DNA from: Chromera velia | Lineage: Eukaryota | NCBI GenBank assembly: GCA_018398765.1 | Contig: JAHBMJ010000374.1 | Location: forward strand, 1 to 49,593 | Reading direction: 5' to 3' | Length of the DNA: 49,593 nucleotides | In this document: positions 13,520-27,453 of the stretch, one piece after another | How positions within the stretch are numbered: position 1 is the first letter of the stretch | How the letters are laid out: every line of letters starts with the position of its first letter | The notes under the pieces: generated by a model | What the model saw: the letters and a program-made list of their open reading frames with translations, nothing else | What the model was told of the DNA's origin: nothing | Database searches by the model: none | Program-made: the position numbers and the translations under genes

Positions 13520-13741
13520 TGTGCATACACTCACGTCTACCTTTACCTTTCTGTATATGCGTCTGCGCGTGTGTTAATTGACGGCCGTCCGTTTCTCTCT
13601 GTCTCTCTGTATGTCTGCCTCTCTGCCTATCTGCCTGTCTGACTGTCTGCGTGTCTGCCTGTCTGCCCGTCTGCGTTTCTGCCTGTCTGCGCGTCTCCCT
13701 GTCTGCCTGCCTGGCTGCCTGCCTGCCCGCCTGTCTGCCTG

Positions 13742-13772
<31 letters not shown>

Positions 13773-13775
13773 ACT

Positions 13776-13833
<58 letters not shown>

Positions 13834-14194
13834 TAGACAGAGAAGGAGACTGCACGGCAGGCTGTACACGTGCACATCTTTGTCCACCCATTTTCTCTTT
13901 ATGCACAAACAATGCAGGCAAATCATGGCTGCAGAAGTCAGACAAATTTTGCGGAAAAGGAGGCGGGAACTTTGAGTGCGTGTTCCAACCGCTCTCAAAC
14001 TGCACACTCGCACGTGAGCAGCTCACCTCGATCTTTCTGCGTGTTTACTCCGTTGGTTGGATTCTCCCCCATCTTCATCTTGCGACTGTGCTATCGTTGC
14101 AAGCGAGCGTGAAGAAGAAAACACAAAGGCATATGCTGTTCCTTTCTCTTTCTCCCTCTCTCTCTGACACACGCTCACACAAACACACGGACGT

Positions 14195-14229
<35 letters not shown>

Positions 14230-14230
14230 G

Positions 14231-14263
<33 letters not shown>

Positions 14264-14649
14264 CGCACAGACACACGGACATGAATATGAATGAACTAAA
14301 AGGGACAGTGCACGCAAAGCCTCATCGGCCAGTGTATCATCATGCCATGCAGCGCAAAACAAATGGTTTCTTTTTGCCCCTTCCTTCAGTCCCTCTAGTG
14401 TCTTTCTTCCCTTTTTGTTCTTCTGTTGGGGAAAGTCGCAGACGGTGTTTGTTTGGGTGGTCTCTACGGTTTGAATAACTTCCCTATTCGCCCTTGCGTT
14501 CTCTTTCACATTGAGTGACTCTTGTTTGGCCCTCCCCCCGTAATTTCTCCTCTGTCTCCTCCGAGCCCTGTCATGCAGAAGCCAAGAGGCAAGGGGGGCG
14601 GCCCGCGGCCTTTCCCTTGAACGTCAGTTTCACGTTCGGTCCCGGCCCT

Positions 14650-14698
<49 letters not shown>

Positions 14699-15582
14699 GG
14701 CGCAGGCGCGTCTGTCTGTAAATGTTTGTCTGTACGGGGAGACATTTGTGTTATTGCTCTCTTTCTAGCGCAGAACGTCGTGATAAATCGCTGCTTCTTT
14801 TTTCCACTGCCTCCGCGTGCCAATTTTCATCCTCGCCTCTTCCTTCTCTTTGTCCAACGCCCCAGGCAACTCGATTCGCTCATTCATTCATTCACTCATT
14901 CAGTCATTCCTTTCGTTTTTCCTGGGCGGATGGAGGTCCAGGCATGGCAGGCATGATGCATGTACGTGCATGAGTGGGCGTGTGCAGGGGAAAGGCAGGC
15001 AGTTGTGTGCAGGGGGCAGAATGATCGTCTCTCATTCGTTGGATTCAGTGCAGCGAGTCATCGGCACTGCGGAAGTGTGTACATGCATTTACTTGTGGAC
15101 ATACATACACATACACACAGACACGCTTTTCTACAAGTATGCAGAGTTGTGCCTTTGAAAATGTGCATGTTTACTTCTTGATGTTGGTCTTTTGATTGAT
15201 TGACTACCTCCCTGTCCTGCGTGCCTGCATGCAGAACAACCTGAACCCAGCAAGTCTGATGCCCAAGCAGTGGTACGACCGCCTCAGAAAAGAGAGGCCG
15301 TGGATGACGGAGGAAGAGATGAAGTCAGTCAGTCAGTCAGGCAGCCAGTCAGTAAATCTTTCTTTTTCTGCATGCTCATTTCTGTCCTGACTTGTCCTTT
15401 CTATGGCTGTTTTTGCATAATTGTGCCTCTTTTCTTTTCATCGGTGCAATTTTTTGAAGAAAGCGAAGCTCGTCTTCACTGATTTGTACCGTCAGCTATC
15501 CGGATTTTTTTCGGCGATGTTTTTTTATCTTCTCTGGCGTGCGTGCGTGTGTGCGTGTGTGCGTGTGTGCGTGCGTGCGTGC

Positions 15583-15619
<37 letters not shown>

Positions 15620-16209
15620 GTGTCTCTGTGTGTGTGTGTGTGTGTGTGTGCAATGGCATCATCCTCGCCAATGCATGTGCATGCAGGTATTGGTACCGTG
15701 GCCAATCGGTTGCGTATATAATGAGATTGAACTCGAAGGCCCGGGAGAAAATTCGCGAATTGCGAATGGGTGAGGAGACCCATCTTCAAAAACTGATACC
15801 CTACAGGGGGGCGATACCGACGATTGAAGCCATGGAGAGGGGAGATGCCGTGTTAGAGAAGGCCCCCCCAAGCGCTTATTTCCCTCTTCCCAGGGGAACT
15901 GTAGGGGCGCATATTCGAAGAGGGGACAAGAGAAGAGAGATGACGCTGCCTCCAGTCAAATCGTTTGCTTCGTTAGCAGAGAAAATCTACAAGAGACAGG
16001 TTCCATTTGCACGGAGAACATTTTTCATGTCATACGATGACGGGGCAGCCATGGGAGATATTCTGGCGGAAAAAAAGTCAGCTGCCTGCCTGGGGTCTGT
16101 CTGCATCCTGGGGTCGGACCTCACCTCTGCCGTCCTGTGATTCTCTGTCTTTTCCTTCCTTTGCTGCCTGCCTTTTTCTTTTCTTCACTTACTCTCCCTG
16201 CCTCTTTTT

Positions 16210-16276
<67 letters not shown>

Positions 16277-17455
16277 GTTTGTGTCCATCGTTGTGCGCCT
16301 CCGGGTGTCGAGGTTTTGAAAGAATTTGTATACGATTCTCCGTTGCGATCTGGTTGGATCAGTCCGAGGTCAATTAATCTGGCCGCAACTGACTGTTGAA
16401 AGGGCATGGAATAAAAAAAGTTATTTGTTTGGGACTCAGAGATAACAGATGGAGAGTGAGCAAAGTACATGCGTGGTTTTGGCAATGTGCCAGAAAAGAA
16501 GTGAAGCATATCCACCCACCTGTCATTTCCATACGTTCATTTCATTTCAATCATTCTGGAAGCACGCAGATCCGGGGCTTTCAGTTCTTGGGAAATCGTC
16601 TTCTCGGACATTCCACGAGAGTACAATTGGACATGTCAGTCCCCTCCCCTCCCCTCCCCTAGCTGCGCCTCTCGCTGTCTGTCTGTCTCGCTGTCTCCCT
16701 GTCGGTCGGTCGGTCGGCTGTTGCAAAGAGACATCTCTTGCGACATTGGAAGTACTAGGGTACAAAGAGAGACAGACACATTGATACACACATAGATAGT
16801 TTAGACAGACGAATAGACAAATTAGGAGAGGGACCGTGAGGCTTCCTCTCTTCTCTGTTTCATTCTCTTGACTCAACAAACAGAGGGATTGATGAGTCGG
16901 CTGATACGAACATGGATTGTCTACGCCAGCAGGAAACATGTAAAGGAGACAAGCACCCAAGTAGCCAGTCACACGCGCACGTACCTGCGTACACCGATAC
17001 ACGGACACAGATGCACACAGGTCGACGGGGAGAAACGGATCGGCCAACAGAATGATGTGACAGGTCCTCCCTCCCCTTCTCCCCCCGCTCCTCTCTCTCC
17101 TGCCCCACCTTTCCCTCTTTCCCCCTCTCTGTCCTTCCCATTCTCTTCCTCGTGCACTTCCTCGATCCCCACCCGCATCCCTAACCCCCTATCCCCCACT
17201 CTGCGTGTGCGTGCAGCAATAGGGCAGTCAACGCGCAAAAATTTCTCCCTTCAGGTGAAGGAGAGTGAGGAACTTGCTGAAGTGACGCTTCGTCATTTGC
17301 TTCAGCTGATGATGCAGCTGGAGGCGGATGCATGGATTGGCACGCGGCAGAGCAACTGGAATAGACTCATTGACGAGCTGAGGTGTATTTGGGTGCCTAA
17401 ATGTCCTTTCACATATGTAGATGCAAATGACTATGACAAATATGAATGGCGATGA
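11570..17455 (+). CDS. Type II membrane glycosyltransferase, GT23 / alpha-1,6-fucosyltransferase (FUT8)-like, ~612 aa
   Basis: Exons 11570-12364, 13342-13462, 13918-14013, 14579-14622 (least certain), 15235-15323, 15687-16076, 16570-16634, 17217-17455; phases consistent. TM helix VALLVFLAVIFFTFIVVVF, then an S/T/P-rich stem, QHPQDCS and GMGSELH. Fucosyltransferase motif I GAHIRRGDK, motif II FFMSYDD, motif III EADAWIGTRQSNWNRLIDELR. Confidence 0.85.
12655..13341 (+). repeat. (TCTG)n array with embedded A/G-rich repeat units, ending in (TC)n(TG)n, in fucosyltransferase intron 1
   Basis: Directly visible. The unit GTTCATGAAGAAAAGGAGGGAGAAGAAGAAGAAACATATAGTCTG starts at 12862 and 13074, with truncated copies at ~12933 and ~13247. 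Confidence 0.92.
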
Positions 17456-17469
17456 CAAATGAAAAAATT

Positions 17470-18750
17470 GTTTCTGGTGTCCATTCAGCTTTCCAGCCGT
17501 GAAAGTAGCTGTGAAACAACGTCAGAAACTGAGAAACATCAAAATTGTTTGATATGCTAGTCGATATATGTCTATGTGTATATACATACATGCACACACA
17601 TAAAACTATTACTGTAATTCGATTCGAATTATACTTGAAGTAATTGAATTTGAATCTAGATTTGAATTAATCTAGGCTCTGCATTACATAAAAAAAAAAT
17701 AAAAGATCGGGAAAACTTTTTTTTTAATAGATTTTTTTTTTATTCATCAAGGAAGTCAACAGGCAAACAACTGTTGTTCAAGTGTTGCAGGAGTGTTGCA
17801 TGGGATATTGCATGAAAGCTATGTGTTGTTTCGTTGATAAATAAAAAATTAGATAAAAAAAGAAAAAAAAGATCGGAAACTTTCCTTTTTTTTTTTTAAT
17901 GGAGTGCAAAGCCTATAGGAATTAATGTAATTAAAATTCTAATTACTAGCAATTTCCCACTTATAAACTTGAAAATATATAAACGGTATGGTATAAATTC
18001 AAATCAGAAAATTAGATTTCTACTTGCATGAAAATCTAAATTTCCATTTAATTGAAATTCAAGTTAGAGTATTGTTTAATAGGAGTATGTTTCGTTTAAA
18101 GTGAAATGATGTTTGAAGTGTTTTATTTTATAGTGAAATGGTGTACCGTGAAGCTACTGACAGTATAACTTAAAGCCTTTTCTAGGCGGTGGACCACGCT
18201 AGGAGGCAACAGTTCCCAGCAACTGGAACTTAAATCATCTCCTTTTCTATCCTATGTAAATGCTATATACGTTTTTAAAAATGAATGGACGCTACAAGAC
18301 CTTTCTTAGTACAATAATTTTTTTACATAATAAAAATTATTTCCAATTGCCAGTGTTTCAAATTTTAATGGGGAAAATTTGATCTTAATTAGCCAATTGG
18401 GGGGTCCAATTCTCCCAATTATGTGCAATTATGATAGGACCGCATAAATCAAACCAAAATAGTTAACTCCAAAGTCCTAGTCCTACTCCAAAGTCAATTC
18501 ATGAATTAAAACTAAAATTAATAACAGAAATCATATACTTTTTGAAGCTAGAATTATAGAAGACTAGCTAGAAAACATAAAAAATTATATTTATTACAAA
18601 CTGAATTAAATTGAATTGAGGCGGTTAAGGCCAGTGAGCCACCACTTAGGCTCTACCGCTCTGGCTAACTATAATCTCTATAAATATACATACGGTAGTC
18701 TGATAGTTGACTTATTCGTATACAGAGATTCAAAAACTGAAATAAACCGT
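17470..18750. other. AT-rich intergenic island between the convergent fucosyltransferase and OGDH genes
   Basis: Abrupt compositional shift with poly-A/T runs, no long ORF and no microsatellite arrays. Similar islands at ~690-1065 and ~10390-10890. Confidence 0.7.
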
Positions 18751-19471
18751 AAACAAAAAAGTTTGCGTGACGGTGCATGACGCCGCGCGTGAAAGAAATG
18801 TACATTTCGACCTAATGATTTTTGACCATGCAGAAGCCGAGCATCGATTATGGTCCGCTTCAAGAACCGTTAATTGCCTCCCATCCATCGGATTACCCAT
18901 TTTTTCCCACCCCAGAGAAGGAAGGATTACTCGATTCGTTTGCCTTCCCCCGCGACTGATCCTCTCTTTGAAGGGTCTACCGCGAACATGCGACGGGTCA
19001 TCAATCACGCACGCAGCAAACAACCTGATTGAACACGCACGGCTCTGATGCGGACGGCCGTTGCTGGTACACGAGCAACAGGGAAAAGAAGAAATTTAAG
19101 GCTCACTGAGAGAAGAATGCCCCTGTGCTGTCTGTCTCCTCTTTCACTTGAAGGGACAGACAGCCAGACGGTTTGCGGAGAAAAAAGAACGACAGATTGA
19201 TGAATGGCAAGGACAGGACAGAAGGAAGGGAACTTCCATGGCGAGAGAGTCAAAGCAATTGACCGCTTTACTCAGCATGCATGAAGAAAACTTCATCTCC
19301 ATTCCATTTCAGTGCATAAAATGACGAAATCCCCCCTCTCCCCCCCTTCACCTTCCTTATTTGGCCGCCTCTCTGCTGGCGGGACTCCTTACTGGAGTGA
19401 ATCATCGCGCCCCAATTTTTCTTTCTTTCATGTATCCGCACATTCATTTATTTCTTCCTTCCTTCATTCCT

Positions 19472-19757
19472 TTATTCATTCAGGTACTTCTCTCGCCAGG
19501 AGTGCGTCGTTCTCTCCAGGTTGAACGCGTCCTCAACCAACGTGGCCAGCTCCATCTGGTGGAGCTTTCCGTCTCCTGCAGCATGAGTGATCGAATGAGT
19601 GTATCATCATCTTCATCATCCATTTGCATAGAAAACACTCATCACTCCGTCATGTATCCATGAGTTTTTCTTTTTGTCCATTCAAAAACATGAGAGCAAG
19701 AGGCAACACTCCCTCACTGTTCGAAGGAAAACATCAGCTTTTCATGATCCAAACACA

Positions 19758-19821
<64 letters not shown>

Positions 19822-20357
19822 CTCCTACACCTTTTCAGCACAAAGGAGCCAACGAGCCAACAAGCTCAGCTCGCCACACAAACGAATCTGCTTTGTAGAA
19901 AAAAAAAAGCTTGACGACAGCGTTCGAGCCATGCATGCCTCCTGGCATTTCTTTCTTCGCAAAAAGGCACACAAAAGAGTGTCTGTCTGTCGTCGGAGAG
20001 AGACACAAAAAAGTCGGACTGGATTTTTGTATTTCGTCTCAAGGGACAGAGAGAGAGCTGTCAAGACGCTGAAAGACCAGACAGGAAAGGAAGGGAAAGG
20101 AAAGGGAAGGAAAGCCGGAAGGGAGACAAGCTATGTGGTGCTTTCTTTCAAAGAGGTCAACGATGATGCCACACACAAAACGGAAGGAAAAGGGAAGGAA
20201 GCTGCTGGAAGAAGGAAGAAAAGAAGCGTGGGGGAGGGAGGGAGACCGGGACGGACCAGCAGCTGGCGATGCGGCTACGTCTCTCCCTGCAATCAATCAA
20301 TCAATCAAAATCAATCAAAATCAATCAAAAGCAATCAATCAATCAATCAATCGATCG

Positions 20358-20390
<33 letters not shown>

Positions 20391-23300
20391 CCAGCAATCG
20401 GCCGATCGATCGACCATCAACGTGCCCCGTGCGTGCGTCGACACCAACGAACAAACGGATCCACGGAGAGACGGGAGATCAGCGTTTGTACAAAGATGAC
20501 TATCGCTATTCAGACAAGCAAAAGAAAACAAAACTACGACACAGAGGGAAATGGAATCTGTTTGGTCCGAAAATTGCAACCCCGGCTCTCTTGCAGGAAG
20601 AAAGGCAGGAGGAGAGAAGACCCTTGCAGACCAACAGACCACGACTGAACGCATACACGCCAAGAAGAAAAACGACAGGAGAAAAAGGGGGCCGACAAAA
20701 TGACGAACCAAGTCACCAGATCAGAGGGCAAGATCTCTTCGTCTCCCTTCCATTGTTCGCTTCAAATTTCACTATTACCCAAGTGCAAAAGGCTCCAAAA
20801 AGCCCTTCACCGCTCGATCATGATCAATAAACTCAAAGGTGTGTCTATCTGACTGCACCCACACACAAATGCATGCATGCACACTCACAAGCCGCCAGAC
20901 AGACAGACCGACAGACCTGCATAAATCGGGTGTGTGATTCCATTAGGGAAGCCGAGGTGTCTCAGGGAGTTTTCGAGGCGTTTCGACGTGTACGTCCACG
21001 CTCCCATGTTCATCGGTTCCTCCTGCATCCGTTGCATCCATTGGGTTTCATTCTCTCGTGATGCACATAGCCGTATTTCAATCTGTTAACGCTCAAAAGA
21101 GCAGCGCACTACCATCAGTTAGTAGAAGGAGGTAAGGCTGGTTGTGTGCCTGAAGGATCCCAATGCGGAAAAAGAAAGCACAACTTCATGCATGCTGAAC
21201 GAGCCCCCCCCCCAAGGCTGAGTTCACTAGAAGAGAAACAGGTGAGCAAGACAAATGCGCGTTGTATGAAATGCTCTCGCGGTGTCAATCGCAGTCTCTA
21301 TCCATCACTTCTCTTCACAGAGACGGGACTGATGGAGGGAGGCAGGGAGGAATCGTCGAGTGAAATTGATCGAGGGATTGAATTCAATTTCTCGATTGCT
21401 TGAGCAAACATGCAAAAGGAAAGAACAATGAGTGACCAAATCATTTCTTGTAGGTAACAGGGGTTTCGAGAAATTACGAAAACAAATTCGTTCAAACAAC
21501 TCAGTCAGTCCGATTTGCTGCATGTGTCCACCGGTACCCTCTCTGAAGCCCTAGGACCTTGCTTCCTTTTTTGAACGTCGTCAAATCACCAACAAACAAA
21601 GAGACAAACAAACAAACAAGACAGCAAAGCGAGGACGAAGACCGACTTGTGCCCACACAAGGCTCTTCATATTCGGGTATCTCTGGAGGTCGTCAATCAG
21701 CCTCTCGTAGGGGAACGGGGAGAGCTGTTCGACCCTGCAGGCATAAATCATTTATGCCGCATGCAAGCAAGCAAAAAGGCAAACAAAAAGGAATCGGTGA
21801 CCCCATGCACCCATACACGCTTTCAAAGAAGATTTCGTTTCTTTGAATAGAAGCACACGTCCCAGCCCTACTTCGGCATTTGCGCGTTCGAATGAGAGTC
21901 AATCGAAGCACCAAGGTCAAGCCTTGCACGCACACTCAGTACACAGAAAAAAAAAAAAACAGAGAGAGGATCAGAGGACAGGAGGAGTGAAAGACAAAAA
22001 GGAAAACTACGTACCTGACAACGGCGACATTCTTCACTTCCTGCTTTTGTCTGAAGGCTTTCAAGTCGTAATAGACCTGCATGCATAGAGAGAGGCACAA
22101 TAAGTGAATCAGGTGTTACTTGCCGCCGACGAGGCGTCTACCAATCATTACAGAAAAGCAAAGTTGAAGGCAGAAGGAAGCGTCGTTTTATTTTTCCGAC
22201 CAACCTCGTTTTCCTATTCCTTCATTTCTCTTCCACAACTTCTTCGGTCGACAATCTGAGGTCTTTGCGTCTGCACCTGTCTCTTCTCTTCTCTGCTGTC
22301 CTCTGCATACCCAAAATGGATCCATCCCTACACACACCCCTCTACATGCATACCCGCCCCCAGACCCGCTCAGTCGTACCTCTGCCAAGCTTTCCTTTCC
22401 CACACACGCTGGTTGCATTCTTCTGGAGCCAGCGAGGGAGGCACCAAAAAAAAAACAATGGGACAGACCGACCATACAGGGCCTTCCTCGCTTACTCAAG
22501 AGAGAAAGCAGGAGAGGAGGGAAGAACAAGACAAACGGGAGAGATCGAGAGAGAGAGAGAGAGAGAGAGATTCGGAGAGAGAAAAAGAAGACAACCCGAC
22601 AAACCTGTCCGGAGCAGACGATGACTCTCTCGATGTTCTCAGGAGGGTCCACCTCGGCGCTTGAGTGGTTCTCAGGAATGTACCTGCATTCACTCACTCA
22701 GTCGAGTTTTCGGTCTTTCAGTAATTGATTCTTCCCCCCATTCGCTTTCACTTCTCCCCCAAACCTCCATGACGGTCTGCCACGTTGATCCACTCCACAT
22801 CACATTTAGTTGAAGACGAAAAAGAAGAAGAAGCTGGACGCCCAGGCTTCCCGGAGAGCGTCACTCTCCATTTACTTTTCCGCTTTAAGGATTGGGAAGG
22901 GAGGAGAGAAGGAAGGTTGCCACGCACGGTCTGTCTGCATGAATGATCCACCTCCCAGGGAGAAGAGAAGGGAGAGGAGAGGAAATCGTCAGAGAAGGTC
23001 CCACCAGATCAAAAGCTGCCAGAGGCGGGCTTTGCGAGCTCTTCTCTTCAGGCTGAGTGGGCAATTTAAGAACAAAACAAGGAAAGAAGGAAAAAAACAA
23101 CACAACACAGCACAAAAACGAGAAAAAGCACCTCCCCCCCCGCCCAACACCACCAAGCGCCTACCGACCGACCGACCGACCGAAGGAATCTGGTTTCAGG
23201 ACCCAGATCTGCGAGCTTGCTGTAGGCAGCACGGAGACGGAGGATCCTCTGAAAGCAGACACACACACGGAAGTAGACGGAGAGAGAATCACACATACGC

Positions 23301-24034
23301 ACACACTTTCACAGACACAGACACAGAGTGAGACAGGACAGGTGGGAGCGAAGAGACTTCCGTCCAGCAACGTTTGAAAACAAAGAAACTCAAAAGACTC
23401 AGTTTGACGGATGCCTCCCTCCCCTCCTCCATTATCCCATGTGTGCTGCCTCCAAATTGATGCAGTCGTGTGACTGAAAGAAAAAAAAAAACGGAAAATG
23501 GGGGAAGGATATTCCCCCAAGAAGGAAAAAGAAAACGACGATCGTTTAACTTTATGCTTGCCTCCTGAAAAGTTTTTGCCTCCTTTTATTCAAGAGCAGG
23601 ATTCGAACCTCACATACGCGCAAAAAAAGAAAGTCAGCGAAGGCGGCTGAAGTCTTGCCACACTTCATGGACACACGCAAGTTGGTAAAATCTAGCATCT
23701 CTGTACACCATAGCAACCCAAGCAAACCGACAAGCCGACCGACGGACCTTCGAGTTGAACATCACCAGAGGTTTTCTGAAGTCGCGATGGACTTGCCGAC
23801 GGAGGCAGTGGAAGACGTTCGCAGGGGTGGAGCACATCACGACCTGTACCCAGGCCAGAGAACGAACAGACAGGGACAAGGAGCACGCATTGAGAAAAAC
23901 AGACGTGAAAAAAAAGAGAGGAAACAAAAAACAATGAGGGGGGGACAAAGAAAGAAAGTCCCGAAGGAGACCCTATGCACGAGCCTTCCATCCCATCGGG
24001 AAGAGAGCCTTAGAGGAGGATTGGTGAAAGGAGG

Positions 24035-24068
<34 letters not shown>

Positions 24069-25534
24069 GACACACACCTCTACACCTCTGAGAGAAAGAC
24101 AGAGAGAGAAACCCCCAAGGCGTCGGTCTGCCTCCCTTTTCTCCTCATCCTTCCTGCGCACACTCTCCCTGCCCCTCTTCTCTTCTTCGATCGAACCACT
24201 GGCTTGAATATTTCGTCTCAGCAGCCCACCCACACTCATCTGCCTTCACCTCTCTCTGTTACCCTGGTCTCCCTCCCTCCCTTTAGCACACACGCAGACA
24301 GACCTGAACGTTGTGCTGCTGCACGACAGATTTGTGCGCGACATCCCAGTTCTCGGGGTGAATCACGTCTTCCCTGCATGCATGAAGGCAGACAAGCAGG
24401 TCGAATACCACTTTCAAATGCTTTCGGACAGAAGTCGCGAATCGTGGTTGCGCACGCGGCTGGCCAGAGCATGACGAGGCAGAGAGACAGACTATCTGGT
24501 TTCTTTTTCTCCTTTTCTGATGGACAGACGAACACACACGCACATACGCGCGCGCACACACACACACACACACAATCTTTCCCCACTGAGTCAAGCGAGC
24601 AGACGGCATTTCCTGTCTGTCTGTCTGTCTGTCTGTCTCTCTTTCTCTCAACCCGAGCAAATGAATGACTGAGTGCACGTATCGAACTCGATCTACATGC
24701 ATGCACATACATTCTCAAAGAAAAGGACCAAGCAACGAACCCACCTGTCGTCACACATTTGAAGGAATCTCTCCAGACGCGCAGAAGAATGCTCAGGCCC
24801 CTGCCCGTCATACCTGCACAAGAAGCAGCGAGGCATAAATTTCGGAAACATCTCCCCCTTCTCCCCCCCCCCACACGCGCACGGGTGGACAGGCGGGCGG
24901 CAGGCATTCATCAATACGGTCCCGCCCGAACAGTCTCTCCCCTCTTCTCCTCTGTGCGTCCGTCAGATGCAAAAGAGAATAGAGGGTCTTTCCCTCCCCC
25001 TCGCGTTCTTTCCACGGGCACGTCTCTCTTCGCTCCCTCTCTCTCTGACTCTCACGCTCACTCTCTGAAGGCGAAGGAGAAAGAAAAAAAGAAAAGAATT
25101 ACTGCATGAAATGGAAGAGCGAGGTGAAGAAGGAACACTGGCTCACTCCTGCCCTCTGCTTGATCAGAGAAAGTCCCTTTCATCTCCATTCCCTCTTCTT
25201 TTTCTTCGTTGACCAAACACCCGACTGACCCACCCACCCACTGACCCGTGAGGCAGCATCAGAGTTAGGCCGCACTGTCTCCCCCATTTGGTCTCTCCAG
25301 AGGAAATGAATTGATCGATGATGATCTGAGCACCGTTGGCGAAGTCTCCAAACTGCATCCATCCATCCATCCATCGATCCATCCATCCGACCTTCACTCA
25401 CTCCTTTGTGTGTGTTCTACGTGGGTACTTGCCCTATGTGGTGCACTTTGGACGGGTGCAAAAAAACCCGGAGGCACTTAGCTCTTGAGAAAAACAAGAA
25501 AAATACCTAATTTCACACACGCACGCACACACAT

Positions 25535-25581
<47 letters not shown>

Positions 25582-26175
25582 CAAAGGAACAAACACGCGT
25601 TTGATGTATAAATGCATGCCCTTCTCTACATATCAAATTCTGGAATCAAGTCGCTGAATTCAATCGACTCACGGCTAGCCGTCTCTCCCTCTCTTTGTGT
25701 GTGATGGAGAAGGCGCAGGAGGGAGGAACCCTCGAGCAGAGACGATGGGCAAGGAAAGCACTGACGTGAGAGACTTGACACTCTGATCCCTTTCTGCTCC
25801 CTTCCCTTCCCTGCCAACTCCAAAATTGAAATAAATGAAAAAAAAAGCAGACAGACAGACAGACAGACCTGTGCCTCCCAGATGACGAGACTGTCCGGGT
25901 GCTCCATTGCATACCCGACCTGCAAGCAGTTATTTTATGCACGCGTCCACGACGAAATCAGAGAGGGAGGGAGAGAATCGGAAAGCATGCACATGCATGG
26001 GACGACTGTCTGCAGACCTTCAGAGAAAGCGGAACCAAACTTTCTCTCTCTCTCTCTGCTTGCATGGTGCACACGGACTCCCCGAGGCAGCCTCCTCCTC
26101 CTCCTCGGGCCCGCCCTTGAGTGATCATTTGTTCAATTCCTTCCGATTTTTCGACTGCTTTCCTTCGTCTTGCCA

Positions 26176-26241
<66 letters not shown>

Positions 26242-27383
26242 CGTGCATGCGTGCCACGAAGGTTTTCATTCCAACAAATCGAACGAGCAGAGGGAACCTT
26301 CCGCCAATTCCATCTGACCTCAAAGCCCATCGCTGCGTACTCTGACAGAAGCGAGTTTCCAATCTCGATGCTGCACTCAGCAACGCATAAGTGGGCACTC
26401 ACCTATACTATCCGGGTTTTTGGACATTTTCTGTCTGTCTGTCTGTCTGTCTATATGACGGATGGATCTGGTTCCTTGGAGTAGTGGCCAGAGATGATCC
26501 GTCGTTTACATAAGAAAAAATGGAGAAAGAAAGAAAGAAAGAAAGAAAGACACTGCCAATGTTGCGTCAACCAGAAAATGGATGGAATTGCAAGCACGCA
26601 GAGTCGACAAAGAACAAAAAACGGAGCGTAACGACCTCAGGGAGAGGGCCCTTCATTCGAATGATGCATTCCGTCAGACAACCAGTCAATCAGAAGAAGC
26701 TTCAGTCTCATGGTCAGTCGGAGGAAAGAGATCTACGATGCACCACACAGCAATGAAAACGAATGCAAAAATTTGCTACCACAAAAAAGATCGGGGGGAA
26801 AGAGCAGGAAGAACTACCAAGTGAATACAAAAAGCGACCACCGCATCTTTCAATGTAGGCTGCCTCCATTTACGAATAGAACAAAACGAATCGCGCAGCC
26901 AGAGGCGGGCCCTTCGGGCACAATGCCCGACTGACCCCCCGACCCTTTCACACGAGCGTCGCTGCTTTTTCCCTCTGCATTCTGTCACAGCAAGAGAGAA
27001 GCATTGACTGACGCACAAACGCACCGACCTGTGAGGAGTCTTCAGCGCACTGAACGTGTTGTAGGTGTTGTAGTGGGTCTGGTCGTGCAGGACGCTGCAC
27101 TCACTCACACACTCGCCGGGGGGGGAGAAAGGAGAAACGAGCGAGAAGGAATAAGAAACGGGATGGACGGCTTCAACATGCCATGCAAGAGATCGAATGG
27201 ACAGACCGGCACTGAGAACTTCACGGCTTTTCATGTCAAGACACACTAAGCAACTGACGCGTGTCGATGCGAGAAGGTTCCTCTCTGGACGTCCTGACCT
27301 GCACACAAACACAAACAAACAAACACACACGCACACATATACACACAGACAGACTATATCACAAAGACAAACAGACAGAGCGA

Positions 27384-27453
<70 letters not shown>

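Noticed and set aside
12370..14294. Cys/Leu/Ser/Val-rich ORFs (CLSV and CV repeats)
   Set aside because: They are translations of intronic (TCTG)n and (TG)n repeats; only the short fucosyltransferase exons within them are credible.
19931..20830. 299-aa ATG-started plus-strand ORF
   Set aside because: Antisense to OGDH introns and exon 39, runs through (ATCA)n, and has no domain-like content.
23595..23612. tRNA T-loop/B-box-like AGGTTCGAATCCTGC on the minus strand
   Set aside because: The T-stem is only partly paired and no D-arm, anticodon arm or acceptor stem can be built.
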